In this document: positions 18,404 to 28,716 of the stretch, piece by piece
How the letters are laid out: every line of letters begins with the position of its first letter
How positions within the stretch are numbered: the first letter of the stretch is position 1
From: Candidatus Saccharimonadales bacterium
Lineage (GTDB): Bacteria > Patescibacteriota > Saccharimonadia > Saccharimonadales > UBA10212
Direction: 5' to 3'
DNA length: 45,600 nt
Assembly (NCBI GenBank): GCA_036507655.1
Contig: DATCIS010000011.1
Location: 1 to 45,600, forward strand
The notes under the pieces: generated by a model
What the model was told of the DNA's origin: nothing
The model's database searches: none
The model's input: the letters and a program-made list of their open reading frames with translations, nothing else
Made by a program: the position numbers and the translations under genes

Positions 18404-18412
18404 ACGTCTATC

Positions 18413-18490
18413 TGGTGGAGCATGGCGGAGTCGAACCGCCGACCTCCGCAATGCGAATGCGGCGCTCTAGCCAACTGAGCTAATGCCCCC
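18413..18490 (-). tRNA. tRNA-Ala (anticodon CGC), CCA encoded
   Basis: Reverse complement reads GGGGGCA TTAGCTCAGTTGGCTAGAGC..CCGCA TTCGCAT TGCGG..GGTTCGACTCC..TGCTCC A CCA, with G3:U70. Confidence 0.9.
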
Positions 18491-18531
18491 TCTAACCTGT
18501 AATTTTATCATTTGAAGGAGTTGATAAGAAA

Positions 18532-18555
18532 GGCCGCCTGCTTAAGCAGGCGGCC
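18532..18555 (-). terminator. Strong intrinsic terminator (perfect 10-bp stem)
   Basis: GGCCGCCTGC TTAA GCAGGCGGCC. On the minus strand it is followed by TTTCTTATC. It lies downstream of ligA and the 18558-18772 element. Confidence 0.75.
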
Positions 18556-18557
18556 GG

Positions 18558-18772
18558 GAGGTGTTGGAGCTTCGCGCAGCCCACCCTGGGCCCGGGTTTT
18601 ACCCCATAGCAAGTCCTGAGCGGAGTAGTCTGCAATCAGATTACGGAGCTTCAAGGCTTTGCTACCGGGGCGAATTTTTGTAATTATTTTTCTCCGCGAA
18701 TTTTTTGTCTTCGTCCTGCTGTAATTATGCGAAGCAAATTACAACCGGAGGCCCGGTGCGCGAAGCTACCTC
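18558..18772. ncRNA. Candidate structured RNA (~215 nt) carrying the conserved 35-nt core, copy A; strand unresolved
   Basis: A long-range helix pairs GAGGT..AGCTTCGCGCA (18558-18578) with TGCGCGAAGCT ACCTC (18757-18772). The inner hairpin at 18602-18670 holds the core at 18615-18649, which matches 39917-39951 at 34 of 35 positions. Confidence 0.55.
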
Positions 18773-18788
18773 AATTACACGCTTGTGC

Positions 18789-21727
<2,939 letters not shown>

Positions 21728-21834
21728 ACCCTAATTATATCTTATTAGCGTCAAGAAGTTTTGCTCTTAACCTAAATAGCGAGCTGGTAAAATTACTAAA
21801 CCAGCAAGCGTTTAAACAGGGGTGTTTTGGAGAT

Positions 21835-22701
21835 TTAAAGTTTCATTTCACGAAGGGCTTTGATGCGAGCTTCAACCGGCGGGTGTGTACTAAATAAAGT
21901 GGCTAAGGTTTTACCAGAAAGCGGGTTGGCAAAGAACATATGCGCCGTTGCAGTATTCTGAATTCTGGTTTTACTCCCCTGCTTACCAATTTTCTCAAGT
22001 GCACCGGCCAGGCCCTCTGGGTATCTAGTAGTAAGGGCTCCGGTTGCATCAGCCAAATATTCTCGCCGGCGGCTGATGGCTAATTGCAACAAAGTCGCAG
22101 CTACAGGGGCTAAAATCACTGCCACAATCGCTAATACCGCGAAGAGTTGGTTGCGGTTGCCGTCCCGGCCGCCGAATATGGTGATGTGCCAAAAGAAATC
22201 GGCAATCATTGAAATGATGCCGACTAGAGCAAAAGCTATAGTGTTAACCCGCATATCGTAATTCTTAATATGCCCCAACTCGTGGGCCATTACGCCTTCA
22301 AGTTCATTGTCATCAAGAGCCTTCAGCAAACCGGTGGTCGCACAAACCGCTGCTTTATCCGGTTTACGACCGGTGGCGAAGGCGTTCAACGCCGGATCGT
22401 CCATGATATAGACTTTCGGCATCGACATACCCTCAGTTATTGCCAGGTTCTCAACAGTCCGCCATAGTCGAGGTTCATCTTTCTTCTGAATTTCTTTGGC
22501 GCGGTTGATTGCCAGAGCCATTTTAGCGCCGGCGAAATAACTGAAGATGGCGTAGCTTAGAGAAAAAAGCCCGATGAAGAAAAGTAGTCCCCTGTTACCA
22601 GTAGCTTGGCTTATCACGTAGGCAAAGGCCCAAAGTAGCGCCAAAAAGGCAGCCAGCAAAATAACAGTACGTCTTTTATTAGAAGAAATCTGTTCGTACA
22701 T
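21835..22701 (-). CDS. htpX: M48-family membrane zinc protease HtpX
   Basis: ORF track. Contains HELGHIKNYD, and a C-terminal motif STHPPVEARI. Confidence 0.93.
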   Translation of the reverse strand: MYEQISSNKRRTVILLAAFLALLWAFAYVISQATGNRGLLFFIGLFSLSYAIFSYFAGAKMALAINRAKEIQKKDEPRLWRTVENLAITEGMSMPKVYIMDDPALNAFATGRKPDKAAVCATTGLLKALDDNELEGVMAHELGHIKNYDMRVNTIAFALVGIISMIADFFWHITIFGGRDGNRNQLFAVLAIVAVILAPVAATLLQLAISRRREYLADATGALTTRYPEGLAGALEKIGKQGSKTRIQNTATAHMFFANPLSGKTLATLFSTHPPVEARIKALREMKL

Positions 22702-22705
22702 AGAA

Positions 22706-22794
22706 GCGGCTTCGCCGTATGAGGGACAACCTAGGGTTTTCCCTCATTGCTGCCTGCCAAAATGGTTCACATTTTGTCGGGCTGCTCCTTTTCC
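22706..22794. repeat. 88-nt structured intergenic element, copy 2
   Basis: See copy 1 at 4073-4160. It ends 4 nt before the htpX start codon (minus-strand sense). Confidence 0.7.
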
Positions 22795-22818
22795 TCTTAA
22801 TCAGTTTGATACACGGAG

Positions 22819-23388
22819 TCATTTTGTGTCCGAAAAGTCGACCTTGACCGGTTGGCTGACTTCTTGACGTTGATTCTCTTCAACATCGAAGAATTCACGC
22901 AGTCTAAAGCCTAGCATGCTGGCGAAAATGTTGTTCGGAAAAGTCTGAATCCTGATGTTCAAATCGCGGACAGCGCCATTATAAAACCGGCGGGCGGCCT
23001 GGATTTTATCTTCGGTGTCGGTAACATCAGACTGCAGCTGCTGAAAATTCTCGGTAGCCCGCAGTTGAGGATAGGCCTCTGCCACCGCAAAAAGGCTTTT
23101 GAGTGCGGCCTGGAACATGTTATCGGCCTGAGCGGCTTCGCCAACAGTTTTAGCTTTTAAGGCTTCGGTCCGGGCTTTAGTGACCTCTGTGAATACCTGC
23201 CGTTCGTGTTTCGCATAACCTTTAACCGTCTCAACTAAATTGGGAATCAGGTCATAGCGGCGTTTCAGTTGGACTGTGATATCGCTCCAGGCTTCATCTA
23301 CACGTACTTTGGAGCGCACCAAACTGTTGTAGATGTAGATTATAAAAAGCAGCAGTGCTGCCACGATTGCTATGATTACCCAGCTCAT
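22819..23388 (-). CDS. lemA: LemA-family protein
   Basis: ORF track. N-terminal TM helix plus YNSLV, RRYDLIPNLVETVKGYAKHE and ARRFYNGAVRDLN. Confidence 0.92.
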   Translation of the reverse strand: MSWVIIAIVAALLLFIIYIYNSLVRSKVRVDEAWSDITVQLKRRYDLIPNLVETVKGYAKHERQVFTEVTKARTEALKAKTVGEAAQADNMFQAALKSLFAVAEAYPQLRATENFQQLQSDVTDTEDKIQAARRFYNGAVRDLNIRIQTFPNNIFASMLGFRLREFFDVEENQRQEVSQPVKVDFSDTK

Positions 23389-23452
23389 CTTCCTTTATCC
23401 TTTCCTCCGATTTTCCATTCATAATTATACATTAGTTTGAATCAGAAATTGT

Positions 23453-24646
23453 ATGATAGGCAGTAGTTATATGCGTTATGTATTAATAGCCGGCCTTGTT
23501 TTGTCGATTAGTTTATTGGCGGTCGGTTTTTGGCTGTATCAAAGACCGTTGCCGGCCATCCGAGCCGAAGTGATCATCCCCGTCCAAAAGACTAGTGAAG
23601 CCATAAAGCTGCCTTGGCCATCCTATGGCCAGGCTGCGCTGGGGGCGGTCGGATTTGGGGTTTTGGAAAGAAATAACTCCTCTAAACCGGTACCGATTGC
23701 CAGTATTGCCAAAGTTATTACGGCACTGGCTGTACTCAAAGAAAAACCGCTTCAGAACGGACAACAAGGCCCTCTCATAACCATTACTGAAGCAGATGTC
23801 CAGCTTTATCGCGACTATTTGGCAAAAGACGGGTCTGTGCTACCAGTTAGCGCGGGACAGCAAATTACTCAGTACCAAGCACTTCAGGCTATGCTGCTGC
23901 CCTCAGCCAATAATATCGCTGATACTACAGTAGTTTGGGCGTTTGGTTCGGTTGATAAATTCATCGATTTCGCTAATCAGTTCGTCAAAAGTCTCGGGTT
24001 GAAGCAAACTCAAGTGGCTGATGCCAGCGGTTTTTCGCCAAAAACGGTCTCGACGGCTGAAGACCTAGTTTTCTTGGGGGAAGCCATACTTAAGGACCCG
24101 GTTTTGTCCAACATAATTAATCAGAGTGAGGCTAATTTCCCCGGGGTGGGGACGATTAGAAATGTTAACTGGCTGCTAGGCACTGATGGCATTTTGGGCA
24201 TTAAAACCGGAAACACCGATGAGGCGGGTGGTTGTTATCTGTTCGGCGCCAAGCGGACAATTACCGGCCAAAATGTGACTGTCATTGGTGCTATTTTAGG
24301 CGCTCCAACGAGAGATATAGCCATGGGCGATTCCCGTAGTCTAATCCAATCTGCTGATAACGGTTTTGAGATTGTCACAGCCGTTAAAGCTAACCAAAGT
24401 GTAGCTCGATACAATCTGCCGTGGGGTGGCAGTCTTGAGGCAGTGGCCGTTAATGAAATGAAGCTCCTTAACTGGAAGGGTAAAAATGTAGTTTTGGATA
24501 CCAACTTGTCTGATATACAAGCGCCAAAAACACAAAATTTCAGTGTTGGTTCTATAAAATCCGTATCAGGTGGTAGTAAATCGGTACCGGTCGTGTTAAA
24601 GCAATCGGTTATTGCCCCCTCCTGGACCTGGCGTATCTTTAGATAA
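23453..24646 (+). CDS. D-alanyl-D-alanine carboxypeptidase (serine peptidase S11, PBP5-like)
   Basis: ORF track. SxxK (ASIAKV), SxN (LPSANN) and KTG (KTGNT) motifs. The start may be the ATG at 23471. Confidence 0.85.
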   Translation: MIGSSYMRYVLIAGLVLSISLLAVGFWLYQRPLPAIRAEVIIPVQKTSEAIKLPWPSYGQAALGAVGFGVLERNNSSKPVPIASIAKVITALAVLKEKPLQNGQQGPLITITEADVQLYRDYLAKDGSVLPVSAGQQITQYQALQAMLLPSANNIADTTVVWAFGSVDKFIDFANQFVKSLGLKQTQVADASGFSPKTVSTAEDLVFLGEAILKDPVLSNIINQSEANFPGVGTIRNVNWLLGTDGILGIKTGNTDEAGGCYLFGAKRTITGQNVTVIGAILGAPTRDIAMGDSRSLIQSADNGFEIVTAVKANQSVARYNLPWGGSLEAVAVNEMKLLNWKGKNVVLDTNLSDIQAPKTQNFSVGSIKSVSGGSKSVPVVLKQSVIAPSWTWRIFR

Positions 24647-24652
24647 GATAAG

Positions 24653-24739
24653 TGGTGGGCGAAAGAGGACTTGAACCTCCACGAGCTTGCGCTCACTAGC
24701 TCCTGAAGCTAGCGCGTCTACCAATTCCGCCATTCGCCC
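24653..24739 (-). tRNA. tRNA-Leu (anticodon CAG), long variable arm, CCA encoded
   Basis: Reverse complement reads GGGCGAA TGGCGGAATTGGTAGACGC GCTAGC TTCAGGA GCTAG..GGAGGTTCAAGTCCTC TTCGCCC A CC(A). Confidence 0.88.
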
Positions 24740-24811
24740 TTACCTCTGTTATTTTACGTGATTACTGGTGTTCCTGGCAAGTGAGGCGTGCTATCATAAT
24801 TACCAAAGTGG

Positions 24812-26458
24812 TTGAGTCTATCGATTATGAGTAAGGTCGCACACTATCTGCAGGAGCATCTGCTTGGTGAGGTAACGGATAGCCCGGAGGTTAGACGACA
24901 CTTCTCACATGATGCTAGCATCTTACGTTTGGCGCCGGCCATTGTAGTTTATCCCAGGACTGAAAGCGACGTTCGCAAAACTGCCCGTTTTGCTTGGCAG
25001 CTGGCTAAACGCGGCCGCATTATGCCTGTAACTGCTCGAGGTGGTGGCAGTAATACTTCTGGTTCAGCTATAGGCAGCGGTATTTTGCTGGTTTTCACGG
25101 CCCACATGAACAAGGTGCTGATGCTCGATGCCAAGAAAGAATTCGTTGTAGTTGAACCGGGTGCAACCTACGATAAGCTCGAGCAAACACTTTACACACA
25201 CGGTTTATTTCTACCGCCTTATCCTAGTTCGCAGCACTATGCCAGCATCGGCGGTGGCATAGCTACCAATGCCATCGGTGAAAAATCAGTAAAATACGGC
25301 ACCACCGGACAATACGTTGAAAAGTTAAGAGTGGTTTTGGCGAACGGCGAAGTGATTGAAACCGGCCCACTTAGTAAACGCGAGCTTAACCGCAAGCTCG
25401 GACTGGCGACGTTTGAAGGAGAGATTTTCCGGTCGCTGGATGCGCTCCTAGAAGAAAACGCTGAACTAATCGGGCACGAAAGGCAGCGCGTCCGGGCCCT
25501 GCATAACGCTATGGGCTACAACCTATCCAGCGTCCGCAGCAAAAAGGGCTTCGATCTGACACCTCTGTTTATTGGCTCTCAAGGAACTCTCGGTATTATC
25601 ACTGAAGCAACAATGGAGGTAGTTTCCCACAATCCTATTACCAGCATGGCGTTAATCAGCCTGAATGACCTGAATGACCTTCATGAAATCCTGCCGGAAG
25701 TGCTGAAGCTTAAACCGAGTATTTTCGATATGGTAAACCGCTCCGCTGTTGAGCTGGTTTTGCAGATTAACCCAAACCAATTGGCCGGCGTCCTGGAAAG
25801 TCCTTCGGCAGACATCCATCTATTTATTGAGTTCGACGATGTGAAAGAGGGCAATCAGAAGAAGGCCATAAAAAATTTGCAAAAAATATTCAAAAAAATC
25901 GACGGTACCTTCCACTCAGGCACACATCGCGAAGAGATGGAGAGATATTGGAAGATTCGCCACAGTGTTAGTACTATCCTCACGCAACCTCACGGCCAAT
26001 CCAAGGCTGTGCCGGTAGCTGAGGATGTCTGTGTGCCTATTACCAGCCTGGTCGAATTTTTACACAGAGCGACAGAAGTCTATGGAACCAATGGCTTAAC
26101 GGCTGCAGCTTGGGGCCAAGCCGGTGATGGCGTAGTGCGTATGCAGCCAATGCTCGATCTAGGAGTAATTGGAGACCGCCAGAAGTTATTCAAGGTTTCT
26201 GAGGCAATTTATGGGGTGGTTAGGGATCTGGATGGCAGTATTACTGCCGCTGCCGGTGACGGCCGAATCCGCGCACCTTATATCTCTTCCGCCCATAGCC
26301 CCGAATTTTACAACTTGATACTGAAGGTCAAAAATATTTTTGATCCTTACGGGATTCTTAACCCGGGCGTAAAAACGGCATCGGCTAATGAGGTTAAGGC
26401 TTTGATGCGAGGTGAGTACAACTTGGCCCACCACCACGAACACCTCCCTCGCAGCTAA
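24812..26458 (+). CDS. FAD-linked oxidase (GlcD / D-lactate dehydrogenase-like)
   Basis: ORF track. FAD-binding PCMH-type region (VVYPRTESDV..ARGGGSNTSG). The track start is TTG. The first ATG is at 24827. Confidence 0.85.
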   Translation: MSLSIMSKVAHYLQEHLLGEVTDSPEVRRHFSHDASILRLAPAIVVYPRTESDVRKTARFAWQLAKRGRIMPVTARGGGSNTSGSAIGSGILLVFTAHMNKVLMLDAKKEFVVVEPGATYDKLEQTLYTHGLFLPPYPSSQHYASIGGGIATNAIGEKSVKYGTTGQYVEKLRVVLANGEVIETGPLSKRELNRKLGLATFEGEIFRSLDALLEENAELIGHERQRVRALHNAMGYNLSSVRSKKGFDLTPLFIGSQGTLGIITEATMEVVSHNPITSMALISLNDLNDLHEILPEVLKLKPSIFDMVNRSAVELVLQINPNQLAGVLESPSADIHLFIEFDDVKEGNQKKAIKNLQKIFKKIDGTFHSGTHREEMERYWKIRHSVSTILTQPHGQSKAVPVAEDVCVPITSLVEFLHRATEVYGTNGLTAAAWGQAGDGVVRMQPMLDLGVIGDRQKLFKVSEAIYGVVRDLDGSITAAAGDGRIRAPYISSAHSPEFYNLILKVKNIFDPYGILNPGVKTASANEVKALMRGEYNLAHHHEHLPRS

Positions 26459-26505
26459 TTGAGTTTGTATCTGTTAGGCAGTATAATTGTATCTGTTCTC
26501 AGCAC

Positions 26506-26538
26506 AAAAACGCAACATTAGTAACGAGTTGCGTTTTT
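26506..26538. terminator. Conserved terminator-like hairpin X1 (A5-stem-loop-stem-T5)
   Basis: AAAAACGCAAC / GTTGCGTTTTT, an 11-bp stem, followed by GAGAGGAG. Its arms match X2 at 27117-27148. It lies downstream of a TATAAT at 26492-26497 and upstream of tRNA-Leu. Confidence 0.6.
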
Positions 26539-26632
26539 GAGAGGAGGAAGCGACCTGAGGCTGTAAGTACTTTTACTTGATCGAGTGGTAGGGTTGTAAA
26601 AAGTATGGAAGCCGACACGTCGATTCCGACGA

Positions 26633-26717
26633 GGGTGAGTGGTGAAATTGGTATACACGCAGCCTTGAGGTGGCTGTGCCGAAAGGCGTGGAGGTTCAAG
26701 TCCTCTCTCACCCACCA
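26633..26717 (+). tRNA. tRNA-Leu (anticodon GAG), CCA encoded
   Basis: GGGTGAG..CAGCC TTGAGGT GGCTG, variable arm TGCCGAAAGGCGT, GGAGGTTCAAGTCCTCT CTCACCC A CCA. Confidence 0.88.
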
Positions 26718-26790
26718 TTCGACTCGCTTTCGCTCGCTCATGGTAAACCATTTGCGAGTTGAATGATCCTGAACGTAGTCGAAGGACCAG

Positions 26791-26867
26791 GGGCGCTTAG
26801 CTCAGTTGGCTAGAGCATCTCGTTTACACCGAGGAGGTCGGGGGTTCAAGTCCCTCAGCGCCCACCA
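26791..26867 (+). tRNA. tRNA-Val (anticodon TAC), CCA encoded
   Basis: GGGCGCT TAGCTCAGTTGGCTAGAGC A TCTCG TTTACAC CGAGG..GGGGGTTCAAGTCCCTC AGCGCCC A CCA. Confidence 0.9.
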
Positions 26868-26888
26868 GAATTGATAGAATATAACCAT

Positions 26889-26964
26889 GGCGCTTTAGCT
26901 CAGTTGGTAGAGCAGAGGCTTGAAGAGCCTTGTGTCCTCGGTTCGAGTCCGAGAGGCGCCACCA
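26889..26964 (+). tRNA. tRNA-Phe (anticodon GAA), CCA encoded
   Basis: GGCGCTT TAGCTCAGTTGGTAGAGC A GAGGC TTGAAGA GCCTT..CTCGGTTCGAGTCCGAG AGGCGCC A CCA. Confidence 0.9.
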
Positions 26965-26987
26965 GAATTGACCACGACCTTTTATTC

Positions 26988-27023
26988 AGAAACGGTAGCT
27001 TAAGTTTTCTAGCTGCCGTTTCT
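26988..27023 (+). terminator. Probable terminator of the Leu-Val-Phe tRNA unit
   Basis: 13-bp stem AGAAACGGTAGCT / AGCTGCCGTTTCT (one U-G wobble on the plus strand), followed by TCATG after a TTTCT run. Confidence 0.5.
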
Positions 27024-27049
27024 TCATGTACGGTCGGCTCAATTCTTAA

Positions 27050-27077
27050 CCCCAAAGCGGAACTCCCCGCTTTGGGG
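27050..27077. other. Perfect 11-bp hairpin of unknown role
   Basis: CCCCAAAGCGG aactcc CCGCTTTGGGG. It sits just upstream of the extended -10 box TGGTATAAT (27092-27100). Confidence 0.5.
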
Positions 27078-27116
27078 ACCCCGGGAAAATTTGGTATAAT
27101 TACCCCTGTTCTTAAC

Positions 27117-27148
27117 AAAAACGCAAGATCTGGTCGAGTTGCGTTTTT
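27117..27148. terminator. Conserved terminator-like hairpin X2
   Basis: AAAAACGCAA / TTGCGTTTTT followed by GAGAGGAG. It has the same arms as X1 with a different loop, and lies between TGGTATAAT and tRNA-Gly. Confidence 0.6.
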
Positions 27149-27233
27149 GAGAGGAGCGACATAGCACTAAGCCGAAGCTTTTGGCTTTAGACCCATCAAA
27201 GACAAAACGAGGCGAGCGCGTTAGTCGCGACGA

Positions 27234-27310
27234 GCGGGTGTAGCTCAGTTGTTTAGAGCGCTTCCTTGCCAAGGAAGAGGTCGAGAGTTAGAGTCTCTTC
27301 ACCCGCACCA
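27234..27310 (+). tRNA. tRNA-Gly (anticodon GCC), CCA encoded, atypical D- and T-loops
   Basis: GCGGGTG TAGCTC AGTTGTTTA GAGC G CTTCC TTGCCAA GGAAG AGGTC GAGAG TTAGAGT CTCTT CACCCGC A CCA. Confidence 0.8.
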
Positions 27311-27379
27311 TTTCAACCCAAACGTTTTTCAAACAATTGAGGTCAGTTCCTGTCTTATGCAATCAACGAGTTAATTAAA

Positions 27380-27934
27380 ATGAATACCTATGTGATACTT
27401 ATGCGCGGCATTAATGTTGGCGGAAAAAACAAAATACCAATGGCAGAACTAAAGCTGTTTCTTGAAGAACGGGGTTTTAGTAATGTCATCACATATATTC
27501 AGAGCGGAAACGTGATGTTGGCGTCCGACAAACCCGCTGACAAGATTAAAGCCCAAATTGAAGCTACTCTGACTAAAAGCTTCAAACTTGATAGCGAACT
27601 CATCAAAGTTTTGGTTTTGAGCCGTAAACAGTTTCAGGCCGTCATTGATCACAAGCCCAAAGGCTTCGGTGAACAGCCAGAGAAGTACCACAGCGATGTC
27701 ATCTTTTTGATGGATATTGATTCGGCTCAGGCTATGCCCATATTCGCTCCCCGAGAGGGAGTCGACACAGTCTGGCCTGGCGATGGCGTCATCTACTCGC
27801 AACGTCTCAGTGCCCTACGAACCAAAAGCCGGTTGAACAAAGTTATGACATCACCGCTCTACAAGTCTATGACTATTCGCAGCTGGAGCACGACAACAAA
27901 GCTATTAAAACTACTTGAAGAGCAGCTCGGCTGA
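27380..27934 (+). CDS. DUF1697-family protein
   Basis: ORF track. The N-terminus YVILMRGINVGGKNKIPMAELKLFLEERGFSNVITYIQSGNV is typical of DUF1697. Confidence 0.8.
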   Translation: MNTYVILMRGINVGGKNKIPMAELKLFLEERGFSNVITYIQSGNVMLASDKPADKIKAQIEATLTKSFKLDSELIKVLVLSRKQFQAVIDHKPKGFGEQPEKYHSDVIFLMDIDSAQAMPIFAPREGVDTVWPGDGVIYSQRLSALRTKSRLNKVMTSPLYKSMTIRSWSTTTKLLKLLEEQLG

Positions 27935-27992
27935 CAAATTGAAAGCTTTCACTAAATAGTTCAACTTTTGATTACCATATTGCTCAATAGCC

Positions 27993-28024
27993 GATGTTTG
28001 AAATGCGTCAACGATGCCGCACCA
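27993..28024 (+). repeat. GCACCA-terminated structured motif, copy R1
   Basis: GATGTTTGAAATGCGTCAACGATGCCGCACCA. Matches R2 at 28 of 32 positions. Confidence 0.7.
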
Positions 28025-28154
28025 TTATAGTTGCCTTCCAGTAAGCCTTTTAGGGGAGAATTTCACAGACAAAACCTGAGTTAAAGATTATGTAAAACAT
28101 GTTTTAAGTTTTACACTTACTAAAGATGTAACTCTAATGAAAGGGGTAAATGAA

Positions 28155-28541
28155 ATGGCGAAATATATTGATGGATTTGTGCTTATAGTGCCCAAAGGCA
28201 AGGAAGATGATTACAAGAAAATGGCGGAAGAGGGGCGGGATACATGGATGAGGCATGGTGCGCTTGAATACTTTGAATGCAGAGGCGATGATCTCAAACA
28301 ACAGGAAATGGGTGAGGAAAAATCACGAGCTTTTGCCGAAATGGCGGGCGCAAAAAGTGACGAAAACGTATGGTTTTCCTTTATTGTTTTTAACTCCAAG
28401 CAACACCGCGATGAAGTAAACAAAAAGGTGATGGATGAAATGGATGAAAAGTATAAAGATAAAGACCAAAGTGATTTTTCAATGCCGTTTGACATGAAGA
28501 GGATGGCATATGGAGGATTTGAGGTGGCGGTTGAAGGATGA
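28155..28541 (+). CDS. DUF1428-family protein
   Basis: The track ORF starts at 28137. The ATG at 28155 has AAAGGGG upstream. YIDGFVLIVPKGKEDDYKKMAEEGRDTWMRHGALEYFECRGDDL is typical of DUF1428. Confidence 0.8.
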   Translation: MAKYIDGFVLIVPKGKEDDYKKMAEEGRDTWMRHGALEYFECRGDDLKQQEMGEEKSRAFAEMAGAKSDENVWFSFIVFNSKQHRDEVNKKVMDEMDEKYKDKDQSDFSMPFDMKRMAYGGFEVAVEG

Positions 28542-28672
28542 AAGATCAAAAAATAGTTTCAAGTCCTTGATTAGATCCTAAACACAAGACACTAAGCCGG
28601 CTTCAAGTATTAAGTAAGTCGCCTGATAATCCGAATAACTCAACCAGGCGCTTTAGTTTATAATCTGTTATA

Positions 28673-28716
28673 GCAGCGATAGCTGACGTTTGAAATGCGT
28701 CAACTATGTTGCACCA
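28673..28716 (+). repeat. GCACCA-terminated structured motif, copy R2 (full hairpin)
   Basis: GCAGC G ATAG CT GACGT TTGAAAT GCGTC AA CTAT GTTGC ACCA. It forms three stacked helices and a 7-nt loop. Confidence 0.7.

Noticed and set aside
26499-27272. Several 72-97-aa ORFs on both strands across the tRNA cluster.
   Set aside because: They run straight through four well-formed tRNA genes and the terminator hairpins, so they are artefacts of the stop-free tRNA sequence.
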